64,000 nucleotides of DNA from Streptosporangiales bacterium (GCA_009379825.1 WHTA01000014.1:20843-84842); one strand, 5' to 3'. Numbered from the stretch's first letter, positions 45,801 through 55,821 are shown. The notes: generated by a model not told the origin, from the sequence alone. Program-made: numbers and translations.

Positions 45801-46618
45801 CAGATCGCCAGCGCGATCCGTGACTCGTCGCTGGACGCGTACTCACGTGACCACACCATCCACGGCCGGTAGCCGCTGCGGAAATGGTCCTCCAGCATGT
45901 TGCGTTCCTTGAGGGTGTCCATCGGTGCCCAGAAACCGTGGTACGGCACGGCGAGCAGCTTGTTCATCGCGGCGAGCCTGGTGAACGCGTGGCCGACCAG
46001 GTCTTCGCCCTTGTGCAGCACGTCGAAGATCTGCTGCCGCAGGACGAAGTAGCCGCCGTTGATCCACAGCGGCAGGTCGGTGACCGACCGGATGCCGCCG
46101 ACCCGCGCCTGGTCGTCGAAGTCGACCACGTGGAACGACGCCTGCGGTGGCACGGCGAGCAGGCTCGCCACCGTGTTGCTGGCCGCGAAGTCGGACACGA
46201 TCTTGTCCATCGGTGCGTCGGTCAGCACGTCGCCGTAGTTGGCGAGGAAGATCTCGTCGTCGTCGAGGTGCCGGCGCACCATACGCAGCCGCTCGCCGAT
46301 GCTCGTCTCGATGCCGGTGTCGACGAACGTGATCCGCCACTCGCTGATGTCGGAGTCGAGCAGCTCGATCTGCTGGCCGCCCTTGGCGAGCACGAAGTCG
46401 TTGGAGTGCGTCTCCTGGTACTGCAGGAAGTACTGCTTGACCGCGGTTGCGCCGAAGCCGAGACAGAGAATGAACTCGTTGTGCCCGAAGTGCGCGTAGT
46501 AGCGCATCACGTGCCAGAGCACCGGTCGGTCGCCGATGGTCATCATCGGCTTGGGTGCGGAGTCCACGCCGCTGCGCATCCGCAGGCCGAGCCCACCGCA
46601 GAAGAGCACTACCTTCAT
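45800..46618 (-). CDS. rfbF: glucose-1-phosphate cytidylyltransferase
   Basis: MKVVLFCGGLGLRMRS...PKPMMTIGDRPVLWHVMRYYAHFGHNEFILCLGF is typical of RfbF. About 270 aa. Confidence 0.85.
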   Translation of the reverse strand: MKVVLFCGGLGLRMRSGVDSAPKPMMTIGDRPVLWHVMRYYAHFGHNEFILCLGFGATAVKQYFLQYQETHSNDFVLAKGGQQIELLDSDISEWRITFVDTGIETSIGERLRMVRRHLDDDEIFLANYGDVLTDAPMDKIVSDFAASNTVASLLAVPPQASFHVVDFDDQARVGGIRSVTDLPLWINGGYFVLRQQIFDVLHKGEDLVGHAFTRLAAMNKLLAVPYHGFWAPMDTLKERNMLEDHFRSGYRPWMVWSREYASSDESRIALAI

Positions 46619-46628
46619 CGAGGTCCTC

Positions 46629-47861
46629 CTAAACGACTTCGAGCCGTGGCACGGGGACGACGAAACGCGCGCCCCACTCCCTGGCGTAGCCGAGCTGGTG
46701 CACGATCTCCTCGCGCAGGTTCCACGGCAGGATCACGATCAGCTCGGGCTTCGTCTCCGCCAACCGCTCAGGCGGGAACACGGGGATGTGCGTGCCAGGC
46801 AGGAACATGCCGTGCTTGTACGGGCTGCGGTCGACGGTGTACGGCAGCAGGTCCGCCCTGATGCCGCAGTGGTTGAGCAGTGTGTTGCCCTTGCCAGGAG
46901 CGCCGTAGCCCGCGACCGATCTGCCTTCGCGAGCGGCCGAGCCGAGCAGTGCGACCAGGTCGGTCTTGACCGTCAGCACCTCGTTGGCGAAGCCGAGGTG
47001 GCCCACCACCGAGTGCAGGCCGGCGTCGGCCTCGTCGTCGAGCACCTTGCGCACCAGGTCCGACGGCTCGCCGGCGGCGGCGGTCGGCCGGGCGAGCACG
47101 CGCAACGACCCGCCGTGGGTGGCGACATCCTCCACGTCGACGACGCGCAGGTCGCCGCCCGCCAGCGCTCTCGCCGCGGTGTGCAGGGTGAAGTACGAGT
47201 AGTGCTCGTGGTAGATGGTGTCGTACTGCCTGCCCTCGATCAGCCGGAGCAGGTGCGGGAACTCCAGGCAGACCACACCGGTGTCGGCGACGAGCGCGCG
47301 CAGGCCGGCCACGAAGTCGCGCAGGTCGGGGACGTGCGCGAACACGTTGTTGCCGATGACCAGGTCGGCCTTGCCGTACGCGGTGGCCAGCTCGGCGCCG
47401 GTGTCGGCACCGAGGAAGACGTTCTCCGTCGGGATGCCGCGCTCACGCGCGACCGCCGCGATGTTGCCTGCGGGCTCGATGCCGAGCGCGGGGATGCCCC
47501 GCGCCACCACGTGCTGCAGCAGGTAGCCGTCGTTGCTTGCCACCTCGGTGACCCGGCTGTCGCCGTCGAGGCCGAGGCGGTCGACCATCGTCGCCACCAG
47601 CTTCTCCGCGTGTGCGACCCAGCTGTCGGAGTACGAAGAGAAGTACGCGTAGTCGCTGAACACGTCGACGGCGTCGACATAGGAGGGCAGCTGCACGAGC
47701 AGGCACTCGTCGCAGATCCGCACGTGCAGCGGGTAGAAGGCCTCCGTGTCGTCCAGCTGGTCCGGCCGCAGGTAGCTCTCGCACGGCGGCGACATGCCGA
47801 GGTCGACGAAGGTGGTGCGCAGCGGCGTGGAGCACAGCCGGCAGGTCAGGATGTCGCTCAT
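46629..47861 (-). CDS. NDP-hexose C-methyltransferase (TylCIII-like; Zn-ribbon + class I SAM MTase + C-terminal domain)
   Basis: CRLCSTPL...CDECLLVQL, SAM motif VTEVASNDGYLL, and NNVFAHVPD and GYGAPGKGNTLLN blocks. Confidence 0.8.
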   Translation of the reverse strand: MSDILTCRLCSTPLRTTFVDLGMSPPCESYLRPDQLDDTEAFYPLHVRICDECLLVQLPSYVDAVDVFSDYAYFSSYSDSWVAHAEKLVATMVDRLGLDGDSRVTEVASNDGYLLQHVVARGIPALGIEPAGNIAAVARERGIPTENVFLGADTGAELATAYGKADLVIGNNVFAHVPDLRDFVAGLRALVADTGVVCLEFPHLLRLIEGRQYDTIYHEHYSYFTLHTAARALAGGDLRVVDVEDVATHGGSLRVLARPTAAAGEPSDLVRKVLDDEADAGLHSVVGHLGFANEVLTVKTDLVALLGSAAREGRSVAGYGAPGKGNTLLNHCGIRADLLPYTVDRSPYKHGMFLPGTHIPVFPPERLAETKPELIVILPWNLREEIVHQLGYAREWGARFVVPVPRLEVV

Positions 47862-48934
47862 CGCGCCGCCTCGTCGGTCAGTTCCTCCGCCGGGACGGGG
47901 AAGGTGTCGTCGGTGGTACGGCGCAGCTCTTCGTCGAGCAGACCGAGGCGCAGCAGCTGCCGGATCCGCCCGAGCCGCACGAACCGGGGCGACCGCAGCT
48001 CCTGGTACGTCATCCCGTGGGCCAGGTAGGCGTCCACCAGCTCGGTGATACCGCCCTGGATGGTGCACGACAGCTCCAGCTCGGGGAAGGTGTCGGCGAG
48101 CTTGCCGAAGTCGACGCGGTAGTCCCGCAGGTCAGGAGCCGCGTCGGAGCTGAACGTGACGGTGGAACCCGGTACCGCGTCGCGCACGAGCTCCGCGATG
48201 TCGCGCACCTGCACGTTGTCCTGCGCACGCCCGACGTTGAACGCCTTGTCGTGCACCAGCTCGCGCGGCGCCTCGAGCATGGCGAGGAAGCTGCGGCTGA
48301 TGTCCGCCACGTGCACCAGCGGCCGCCACGGCGTGCCGTCGCTCAGCAGCTCGATCGCGCCGGTGGTGACGGCGAGCCCGGTGAGGTCGTTGACCACGAT
48401 GTCGGAACGCAGCCGCGGGGAGACGCCGTACGCCGTGGCGTTGCGTAGGTAGGTGGGGCTGAAGTCGTCGTCGGCGAGGGCGGAGAGCCGCTCTTCCGCG
48501 ACGGCCTTCGTCTCGCCGTACGGGGTCACCGGGTGCATCGGTGCGTCCTCGGCGACGGCGGACGAGCCGGCCGTGCCGTAGAGGCTGCAGGAGGAGGCGA
48601 ACAGGAACCTGCTCACTCCGGCGGCCTTCGCAGCGGTGGCGAGCTGCAGCGTGCCGTCGAGGTTCACGGAGAACGTGGTGGCGCGGTTGAGGTGCCCGAG
48701 CGGGTCGTTCGAGAGCGCAGCCAGGCAGATGACGGCGTCGTAGCCGGCCAGCAGGTCAGCGTTCACCGCTCGGACGTCCCGCGGGGCGCTGGTGGTCGGC
48801 ACCGGCCCGTCGAGGAGGTCGCACCTCTCGTAGAGCCCGATGTCCAGTCCGTCGACGTCGTGTCCGGCTGTGCGCAGCATCGGCACGAGAACCGCGCCGA
48901 TGTACCCGCGATCACCGGCGACCAAGATCCGCAC
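47858..48934 (-). CDS. NAD-dependent epimerase/dehydratase (extended SDR)
   Basis: Rossmann-type MRILVAGDRGYIG and catalytic S...YxxxK (SSCSLYG...YGETK). It is the first gene of the minus-strand operon. Confidence 0.85.
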   Translation of the reverse strand: MRILVAGDRGYIGAVLVPMLRTAGHDVDGLDIGLYERCDLLDGPVPTTSAPRDVRAVNADLLAGYDAVICLAALSNDPLGHLNRATTFSVNLDGTLQLATAAKAAGVSRFLFASSCSLYGTAGSSAVAEDAPMHPVTPYGETKAVAEERLSALADDDFSPTYLRNATAYGVSPRLRSDIVVNDLTGLAVTTGAIELLSDGTPWRPLVHVADISRSFLAMLEAPRELVHDKAFNVGRAQDNVQVRDIAELVRDAVPGSTVTFSSDAAPDLRDYRVDFGKLADTFPELELSCTIQGGITELVDAYLAHGMTYQELRSPRFVRLGRIRQLLRLGLLDEELRRTTDDTFPVPAEELTDEAAR

Positions 48935-48999
48935 AGCATCACCTCGTGTTCGAGCCTTCCGCCTGTTGGCGCCTCTTCCACCAGATCGCCGAGACGGCT

Positions 49000-49056
49000 G
49001 CCTGATACACCCGATTTCGCTGTATCAGGCGGCGGTCGTCACCGCTCTACTGGTGA
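49000..49056. promoter_or_regulatory. inverted repeats in the divergent promoter of the polysaccharide locus
   Basis: GCCTGATACA-N11-TGTATCAGGC with perfect 10-bp arms at 49000-49030, and GTCACC-N8-GGTGAC at 49037-49056. Confidence 0.4.
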
Positions 49057-49097
49057 CGTTGTGCCGAAGTCCCGGCCATCACAATGGGGAGTCGCAG

Positions 49098-50411
49098 ATG
49101 AAGGTTGCCGTTTTCGGCGTCGGTTACGTCGGGTCGGTGACTGCGGCATGTCTCGCTGCCGGCGGACACGAGGTGTGCGGGGTCGACGTCGATCCGTTGA
49201 AGGTCGACATGATCAACGCGGGGCACAGTCCCGTCGTCGAGCCAGGCCTGGACGACCTCGTCGCCAGCACGGTTGCCGCGGGCACACTCCGCGCGACCAC
49301 CGACTGCGCCGAGGCACTCGACGGTGCCGACGTGTCGCTGGTGTGTGTCGGCACGCCGTCCACCGCGACGGGGAGTACCGAGCTCGCGCACCTGTGCAAC
49401 GCCGTGCACGACATCGCCGCGGCGCTGCGGGTGTGCCGGCCGCCGGCGTCCGGTTTCCACAGCGTGGTGATTCGCTCCACGGTGCCACCTGGCACGGTGG
49501 AGAACGTCGTGCAGCCGGTGTTCGCGGCCGGCGGCGACGTGCAGGTCGGCACCGCGATGTGCCCGGAGTTCCTGCGGGAGGGCACCGGTCTGGCCGACTT
49601 CTATGCCCCGCCGTTCGTCGTGGTCGGCACGGCCGACGACCGGGTGGCCGCAGCGGTCGGCGAGCTGCTCGCGTTCGTAGGTGAGCCGGTGCGCGCGGTG
49701 GACGTGCGGTGCGCCGAGGCACTGAAGTACGCGTGCAACGCGTACCACGCGGTGAAGGTGTCGTTCGCCAACGAGATGGGGCGGATGTTCCGGCCGTTCG
49801 GCGTGGACGGCAGGGCGATGATGGAGCTCTTCTGCTCAGACACCACGTTGAACGTCTCAAAGGCGTACCTCAGGCCGGCGTTCGCATTCGGCGGCTCCTG
49901 CCTGCCGAAGGACCTCAGGGCACTGCTCTACCTGGCCCGGATGAACAGCGCAGACATGCCGCTGCTGCAGGGCACCCTCGCCTCGAACGAGCTCGTCGTG
50001 CGCGACGTCGTCGACCGGGTGGCCGCGGAGTCCGGGCGGGTCGTCGCCCTACTCGGGCTGAGCTTCAAGTCCGCGACCGACGACGTGCGGGAGAGCCCGA
50101 ACGTCGAGCTGGCAGAACGGTTGCTGGGCAAGGGATACGAGCTGCGTATCTACGACTCGATCGTGAACCCGGTGGACCTGGTCGGGGCCAACAGGCGGCA
50201 CCTGGAGTCGAAGCTGCCGCACCTGGAACGCCTCCTGACCGACACCCCGCTCACCGCACTGCGCGGTGCCGACCTGGCGATCGTGTCGTCCACCGCTGAG
50301 TCCGTACGCGACGCGCTCGTCGCCGAACCGCCGCGGCGCGTCATCGACCTCAGCGGCCGCCTCGGTGACCGGATCGAGGCACTGCCCGGATACCAGGGGA
50401 CCGGATGGTAG
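49098..50411 (+). CDS. nucleotide-sugar 6-dehydrogenase, GDP-mannose 6-dehydrogenase (AlgD)-like
   Basis: MKVAVFGVGYVGSV..., SPVVEPGL, VCVGTPS, AFGGSCLPKD and LGLSFKSATDDVRESP..LAERLLGKGYELRIYD, with a C-terminal ...GTGW. The alignment from memory is closer to P. aeruginosa AlgD than to Ugd. Confidence 0.7.
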   Translation: MKVAVFGVGYVGSVTAACLAAGGHEVCGVDVDPLKVDMINAGHSPVVEPGLDDLVASTVAAGTLRATTDCAEALDGADVSLVCVGTPSTATGSTELAHLCNAVHDIAAALRVCRPPASGFHSVVIRSTVPPGTVENVVQPVFAAGGDVQVGTAMCPEFLREGTGLADFYAPPFVVVGTADDRVAAAVGELLAFVGEPVRAVDVRCAEALKYACNAYHAVKVSFANEMGRMFRPFGVDGRAMMELFCSDTTLNVSKAYLRPAFAFGGSCLPKDLRALLYLARMNSADMPLLQGTLASNELVVRDVVDRVAAESGRVVALLGLSFKSATDDVRESPNVELAERLLGKGYELRIYDSIVNPVDLVGANRRHLESKLPHLERLLTDTPLTALRGADLAIVSSTAESVRDALVAEPPRRVIDLSGRLGDRIEALPGYQGTGW

Positions 50412-51598
50412 CCGGCCGTCGCCGAGTGCTCATCATCGTGCAGAACCTGCCGGTGCCGTTCGACCGGCGGGTGTGGCTGGAGTGCCAGGCACTCGTCGCC
50501 GCCGGCTACGAGGTCTCCGTGATCTGCCCCAAGGGCGCCGGCGACCCGTCGTACGCCGTCGTGGACGGCGTGGCGCTCTACAAGTACCGGCCGTACGCCC
50601 CCGGCGGTGGCGCGGTCGGGTTCGCCCTCGAGTACGCCTACTCGTTCCTCGCGACGGGGTGGCTGGCGCTGCGGGTGCGCGGCAGGCGTCGGCTGCACGT
50701 ACTGCAGGCGTGCAACCCGCCGGACATCTTCTGGCCGATCGCGATCCTGCTGCGGCTGCTCGACGGGTGCCGGTTCGTCTTCGACCAGCACGACCTCTGC
50801 CCCGAGCTCTACGAGTCCAGGTTCCCCACCGGGGCCAAGGCACCGTACCGCGCGCTGCGGGCGCTGGAACGCGCCACGTACCGCGCGGCCGACCACGTGA
50901 TCGCGACCAACGACTCGTACCGCGAGGTCGCCATCGCGCGGGGCGGCAAGCGCCCGGACGAGGTCACGGTCGTGCGTACGGGGCCGGACCCTGACAGGCT
51001 CGTCCGCGGCGAGCCGAGCGAGCCGGTGCGGCGTGGCCACAAGTTCCTCGTCGCGTACCTCGGTGTGATGGGCCCGCAGGACGGCGTCGACAACGTGGTG
51101 CGAGCCGCAGCGCACGTGGTGCACACACTTGGACGAGACGATGTCGCGTTCACCGTCATCGGCAGCGGTGACTGTTTCGACGAGCTGGTGGCCCTGGCGG
51201 CCGAGCTCGGCCTCACCGACCACCTGGAGTTCACCGGGCGGGCACCCGACGGGGTGGTTGCCGAGGTGCTCTCCACGGCCGACGTCGGGCTGTCGCCCGA
51301 CCCGAAGAACCCGCTCAACGACGTGTCGACGATGAACAAGACGATGGAGTACATGGCGTTCGGCCTGCCCGTCGTCGCGTTCGACCTGAAGGAGACGCGG
51401 GTGTCCGCCGAAGCCGCTGCGGTCTACGTCGAACCGGGGCGGGTGGACAGCTACGCCGACGCGATCGTCGAGCTACTCGACGACGACGAGCGGCGCGCGG
51501 AGATGGGCGCGTTCGGCCGTACAAGGGTCGAGGACGTGCTCGCCTGGCAGCACCAGCGTCCGGCCTACCTGGCGGTCTACGAGCAGGTGAGGGACTGA
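50405..51598 (+). CDS. glycosyltransferase family 4 (GT-B)
   Basis: VLIIVQNLPVPFDRRVWLECQAL..GYEVSVICP N-terminal pattern and a C-terminal E-x7-E-like region (NKTMEYMAFGLPVVAFD). Confidence 0.8.
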   Translation: MVAGRRRVLIIVQNLPVPFDRRVWLECQALVAAGYEVSVICPKGAGDPSYAVVDGVALYKYRPYAPGGGAVGFALEYAYSFLATGWLALRVRGRRRLHVLQACNPPDIFWPIAILLRLLDGCRFVFDQHDLCPELYESRFPTGAKAPYRALRALERATYRAADHVIATNDSYREVAIARGGKRPDEVTVVRTGPDPDRLVRGEPSEPVRRGHKFLVAYLGVMGPQDGVDNVVRAAAHVVHTLGRDDVAFTVIGSGDCFDELVALAAELGLTDHLEFTGRAPDGVVAEVLSTADVGLSPDPKNPLNDVSTMNKTMEYMAFGLPVVAFDLKETRVSAEAAAVYVEPGRVDSYADAIVELLDDDERRAEMGAFGRTRVEDVLAWQHQRPAYLAVYEQVRD

Positions 51599-51600
51599 CG

Positions 51601-53544
51601 ATGTGTGGCATCGCCGGCAGCTACCAGCAGCGCGACGGTCGTGTGCTCGCCGCGGAGATGAACCAGCGGTTGGCGCACCGCGGCCCGGACGCCGACGGCA
51701 CGTTCAACGTGGAGGAGCCGCATCTCGACGTGCACCTCGCCCACCGGCGGCTGTCGATCATCGACCTGAGCAGCGCGGCGGACCAGCCGCTGACCAAGCA
51801 CGGCCTGACCATCACCTACAACGGTGAGCTCTACAACTACCGCCAGCTGCGTGCGGAGCTGCGGTCGGCGGGCGTCGTCTTCCGCACCGACTCGGACACC
51901 GAGGTGGTGCTCGAGGCCTGGCGGCGCTGGGGACCCGAGGCACTGCCGAGGTTCCGTGGCATGTTCGCGTTCGCGCTGTTCGACGCCGGCAGCGGATCGT
52001 TGGTGCTGGCGCGGGACCCGTTCGGCATCAAGCCGCTCTTCTACCTCCCTCGCGGACAGGGCGTGGTGTTCGCGTCCGAGCTCAAGGCGTTGGTGTCGGT
52101 GCTCGGGCCTGAGCTGCGCGTCGACCCCGGCGCGGTGGTGGCGTCGATGCTCTACTACTGGGTGCCGGAGCAACGGTGCGCGATCGACGGAATGCAGAAG
52201 CTGCCTGCCGGGTCGTGGATGGAGTTCTTCCCCGACGGCACCAGCCGGCAGGATACCTACTTCAGGGCCGCGGACCTGGCCGCCGAGATGGCGCACACGC
52301 GTCCCGTGGACCTCGCCGAGGTCATCTACGACTCGGTGGAGGCGCATCTCGTCTCCGACGTGCCGGTCGCCAGCTTCCTCAGCGGCGGGCTCGACTCCAG
52401 CCTGGTGACGGTGCTCGCACAGCACATCGCCGGCGAGTTGAACGCGTACACGGTGACGTTCCGGCCGCAGGACCAACGGCGGGAGGCGATGCCTGACGAC
52501 GCCCGCTACGCCCGCAAGGTGGCGAACGAGTTCGGTGTGCGGCTGCACGAGATCGAGCTCGCCCCTGACGTCGTGCGCCTGCTGCCCCGGATGGTGGACA
52601 TCCTCGACGAGCCGATCGGCGACCCGGCCGCCGTGAACACCCTGCTGATGTGCGAGGCGGCGCGGGCTGCAGGCGTCAAGGTGCTGCTGTCCGGGATGGG
52701 TGCCGACGAGCTCTTCGGTGGCTACCGCAAGCAGCTCGCCTGCGTGCTCGCGGCGCGCTACCAGCGGATGCCGGGCGGTGTACGTAACGGCGTGGTGCGG
52801 CCGCTGGTCGACCGGCTGCCCGCGGCAGCCGGTGACCGCGGTCTGCGTTATGCGCGCTGGGCCAAGCGGTTCCTGACCTTCGCCGAGCTCTCCGAGGAGG
52901 CGGCGTTCCGCAGGAGCTACACCATGTACGACCGGCCGGAGCTGCTCGACCTGGTCGGCCCCGACCTCGCGGCCGAGGTCGGCGGTGTGCTCGACGAGCA
53001 CGCACAGATCTACCACGACAACATGCTCGACGACCACGTCAACCGGATGTGCCTCGCCGACACCCGGCTGTTCCTGCCAGGACTGAACCTCGCGTACACC
53101 GACCGGGCGAGCATGGCCACCTCGACCGAGGTGCGCGTGCCGTTCGTCGACCCGCGGGTGGCGCGCGCCGCGTTCAGCATCCCCGGTTCGCAGAAGATCC
53201 GCGGCAGGCAGAGCAAGCGCGCGTTGAAGCGGGCGGCACAACAGTGGTTGCCGCGCGAGATCGTGTACCGGCCGAAGGCGTCGTTCGGCGCGCCGCTGCG
53301 CGCCTGGGTGGCGGGCGAGCTACGCGAGCTGGTCGACGACACGCTGCTGTCCGGCGAGCTCGTGCAGAGCGGGGTGCTCGACCGCGGTGCGGTGCAACGC
53401 CTGGTCGAGCAGGAGCGGACCGGCAGGGAAGACCGCGCCAAGCAGATCTGGCAGCTGCTCAGCCTCGAGCTGTGGCACCGACACATGCAGGAGATGGGCG
53501 TCGGGGGCTGGACGAGTGTGGCGGCGGCACGGAGAGGGATGTGA
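51601..53544 (+). CDS. asparagine synthase (glutamine-hydrolysing)-like amidotransferase
   Basis: MCGIAG N-terminal nucleophile Cys2 and PP-loop SFLSGGLDSS. 647 aa. Confidence 0.9.
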   Translation: MCGIAGSYQQRDGRVLAAEMNQRLAHRGPDADGTFNVEEPHLDVHLAHRRLSIIDLSSAADQPLTKHGLTITYNGELYNYRQLRAELRSAGVVFRTDSDTEVVLEAWRRWGPEALPRFRGMFAFALFDAGSGSLVLARDPFGIKPLFYLPRGQGVVFASELKALVSVLGPELRVDPGAVVASMLYYWVPEQRCAIDGMQKLPAGSWMEFFPDGTSRQDTYFRAADLAAEMAHTRPVDLAEVIYDSVEAHLVSDVPVASFLSGGLDSSLVTVLAQHIAGELNAYTVTFRPQDQRREAMPDDARYARKVANEFGVRLHEIELAPDVVRLLPRMVDILDEPIGDPAAVNTLLMCEAARAAGVKVLLSGMGADELFGGYRKQLACVLAARYQRMPGGVRNGVVRPLVDRLPAAAGDRGLRYARWAKRFLTFAELSEEAAFRRSYTMYDRPELLDLVGPDLAAEVGGVLDEHAQIYHDNMLDDHVNRMCLADTRLFLPGLNLAYTDRASMATSTEVRVPFVDPRVARAAFSIPGSQKIRGRQSKRALKRAAQQWLPREIVYRPKASFGAPLRAWVAGELRELVDDTLLSGELVQSGVLDRGAVQRLVEQERTGREDRAKQIWQLLSLELWHRHMQEMGVGGWTSVAAARRGM

Positions 53545-55709
53545 TGAGGCAGGTTGCGCAGAACTACCGCACCGGCGAGCTGACGGTGTTGGACGTGCCA
53601 CGGCCGAGCTGTGCGGCCGGTGGCGTGTTGATCCGTTCGCTGTACTCGCTCATCTCGACCGGTACGGAGCTGACGAAGGTCGGCGAGGCGCAGCTGTCGC
53701 TGCTCGGCAAGGCGCGTGCCCGACCGGACCAGGTGCGCAAGGTCGTGGACGCGGTGGCGCGGCAGGGCGTGGCCGAGACGTACAAGAAGGTGATGACGAA
53801 GCTCGACTCGTACACGCCGCTCGGGTACTCGCTGTGCGGTGTGGTCGTCGACGTCGGCCGCGGTGCCGAGGAGTTCAGCGTCGGCCAGCTCGTCGCCGCG
53901 GCGGGCAACGAGTACGCGCTGCACGCCGAGTACAACTGGGTGCCGCGGAACCTGTGCGTCGCCGTGCCCGACGGGGTGCTGCCGGAGCATGCGGCGTTCT
54001 CCACCGTCGGTGCCATCGCGATGCACGGCGTGCGGCGGGCGGAGGCGCAACTCGGTGAGTCGGCGTGCGTCATCGGGCTCGGCCTTGTCGGTCAGCTCGC
54101 GGTGCGACTGCTCACCGCCTCGGGGATACGTGTCTTCGGGCTCGACCCGGTCGCCGACCGTTGCCGGTTGGCGGAGAAGGCTGGCGCGCTGCTCTGCGCC
54201 GCGCCGGACGCCGAAGGCGTGGACGCGGTCGACGAGCGGATCCGTGAGGTGACGGGTGGGATCGGTGTCGACCACGTCTTCCTGGCATCCGGGGGCAGCA
54301 GTGCCGGTCCGGTGCAGACCGCCGCGCGGCTGGCGCGCGACCGTGCCCACGTCGTCGACATCGGCAGGTGCCGGCTCGACCTGCCCTGGCACGCGTACTA
54401 CGACAAGGAGCTCGACGTCAGGTTCTCCAGGTCGTACGGCCCCGGGAGGTACGATGCGAGCTACGAGGTGGACGGCGTCGACTACCCGGTCGGCTACGTC
54501 CGGTGGACCCAGCGGCGGAACCTGGAGTGCTTCGTCGACCTGCTCGCTCGCGAGCAGATCGACGTGGCGTCGTTGATCTCCGGGGTGTTCCCCGTCGAGC
54601 AGGCGGTGGAGGTCTACCAGCGGCTCGGCGCGCAGTCGGTGACCGGCGTGGGGTTCCTCTTCGAGTACCCGCAGGCGGCGGAACCCGTTGCGGCGCAGCA
54701 GACACGGCACATCACCCCGACCGGCCCGACCCGCGCGCGGCCGGCGCGCCACGACACGCTGCGGCTCGGCTTCCTCGGTGCGGGCAGCTACGCGTCCGGC
54801 GTACTGCTGCCGGCGCTTGCCGGCACCGCAGGCGTGACGCTGGCACACGTCGCGACGAGCACCGCGTTGTCCGCCGTCAATGCTCAGCGCCGGTTCGGAT
54901 TCGCGGCTGCGTCGTCGGATCCGGCCGCCGTGCTCGACGACGACTCGCTCGACGCGATCTTCGTCGTCACGCGCCACAGCACGCACGCCGACCTGGTCTG
55001 CCGTGCGCTGCGTATGGGCAAGCCGGTGTTCGTGGAGAAGCCGCTCGCGCTCGGCACCGAGGAGGTCGAGCGCATCCGCGACGTGGTCACGGAGACCGGC
55101 AACGACCGGCTGCTCATCGGGTTCAACCGACGCTTCTCGCCGTTGTTCACCGAGCTGCGCGCCAGGTTCGGGTCCGGCGGGACGCCGGGATCAGCGCGCT
55201 ACCTGGTGAGCGCGGGCGAGCTGACGGCGGGCAGCTGGTACGCCGACGAGCAACGCGAGGGGAGCAGGTTCGCCGGTGAGGGCGGGCACTTCATCGACAC
55301 GCTCGGTTGGTGGTTCGACCAACGGCCGGTCGAGGTCTACGCGGTCGCCGGGCCGCAGAGTGCCGACAGGCACGTCAGCCTGCGCTACGCGGATGGCTCC
55401 GTGGGTGTCGTCGACTACGTCACCGCGGGCAGCAACAGGTTCCCCAAGGAGACCTTCGACGCGGCTGCCGGCGGCCGGAGCGCACGGCTGGACGACTTCC
55501 GCCGCGCCACCGGCTGGCACGGCCGGCAGCGGGTGGCGCGGCGGGCCCGCCAGCGCGACAAGGGCCAGGCCGAGGAGATGCGGCAGTTCCTGCACGCCGT
55601 TCGTACGGGCGGGCCGATGCCGATCGGCCTGAACGAGCTGATCGACACCACGAACGCGACGCTGGCCGTCGAGCGCAGCGTCGCCACCGGCAACCCGGAG
55701 TCGGTATGA
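53544..55709 (+). CDS. bi-domain oxidoreductase (MDR/zinc-ADH-like N-terminal domain + Gfo/Idh/MocA C-terminal domain)
   Basis: The ATG at 53544 overlaps the asnB stop by 1 nt. The N-terminal half has GLGLVGQL Rossmann and ADH-like patterns. The C-terminal half has LGFLGAGSYA...VFVEKPLA, the Gfo/Idh/MocA signature. Confidence 0.8.
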   Translation: MRQVAQNYRTGELTVLDVPRPSCAAGGVLIRSLYSLISTGTELTKVGEAQLSLLGKARARPDQVRKVVDAVARQGVAETYKKVMTKLDSYTPLGYSLCGVVVDVGRGAEEFSVGQLVAAAGNEYALHAEYNWVPRNLCVAVPDGVLPEHAAFSTVGAIAMHGVRRAEAQLGESACVIGLGLVGQLAVRLLTASGIRVFGLDPVADRCRLAEKAGALLCAAPDAEGVDAVDERIREVTGGIGVDHVFLASGGSSAGPVQTAARLARDRAHVVDIGRCRLDLPWHAYYDKELDVRFSRSYGPGRYDASYEVDGVDYPVGYVRWTQRRNLECFVDLLAREQIDVASLISGVFPVEQAVEVYQRLGAQSVTGVGFLFEYPQAAEPVAAQQTRHITPTGPTRARPARHDTLRLGFLGAGSYASGVLLPALAGTAGVTLAHVATSTALSAVNAQRRFGFAAASSDPAAVLDDDSLDAIFVVTRHSTHADLVCRALRMGKPVFVEKPLALGTEEVERIRDVVTETGNDRLLIGFNRRFSPLFTELRARFGSGGTPGSARYLVSAGELTAGSWYADEQREGSRFAGEGGHFIDTLGWWFDQRPVEVYAVAGPQSADRHVSLRYADGSVGVVDYVTAGSNRFPKETFDAAAGGRSARLDDFRRATGWHGRQRVARRARQRDKGQAEEMRQFLHAVRTGGPMPIGLNELIDTTNATLAVERSVATGNPESV

Positions 55710-55821
55710 GCGAAGGAGCTGAGGAGCTCACCGGAGGTACGGCTCGCGCCTGCTGCCTCGGCATGCAGGTACGCCCGCGCGAGACGTGCCGTAGGCGAGC
55801 GTGCGAAGCGGTCGCGGAGGC

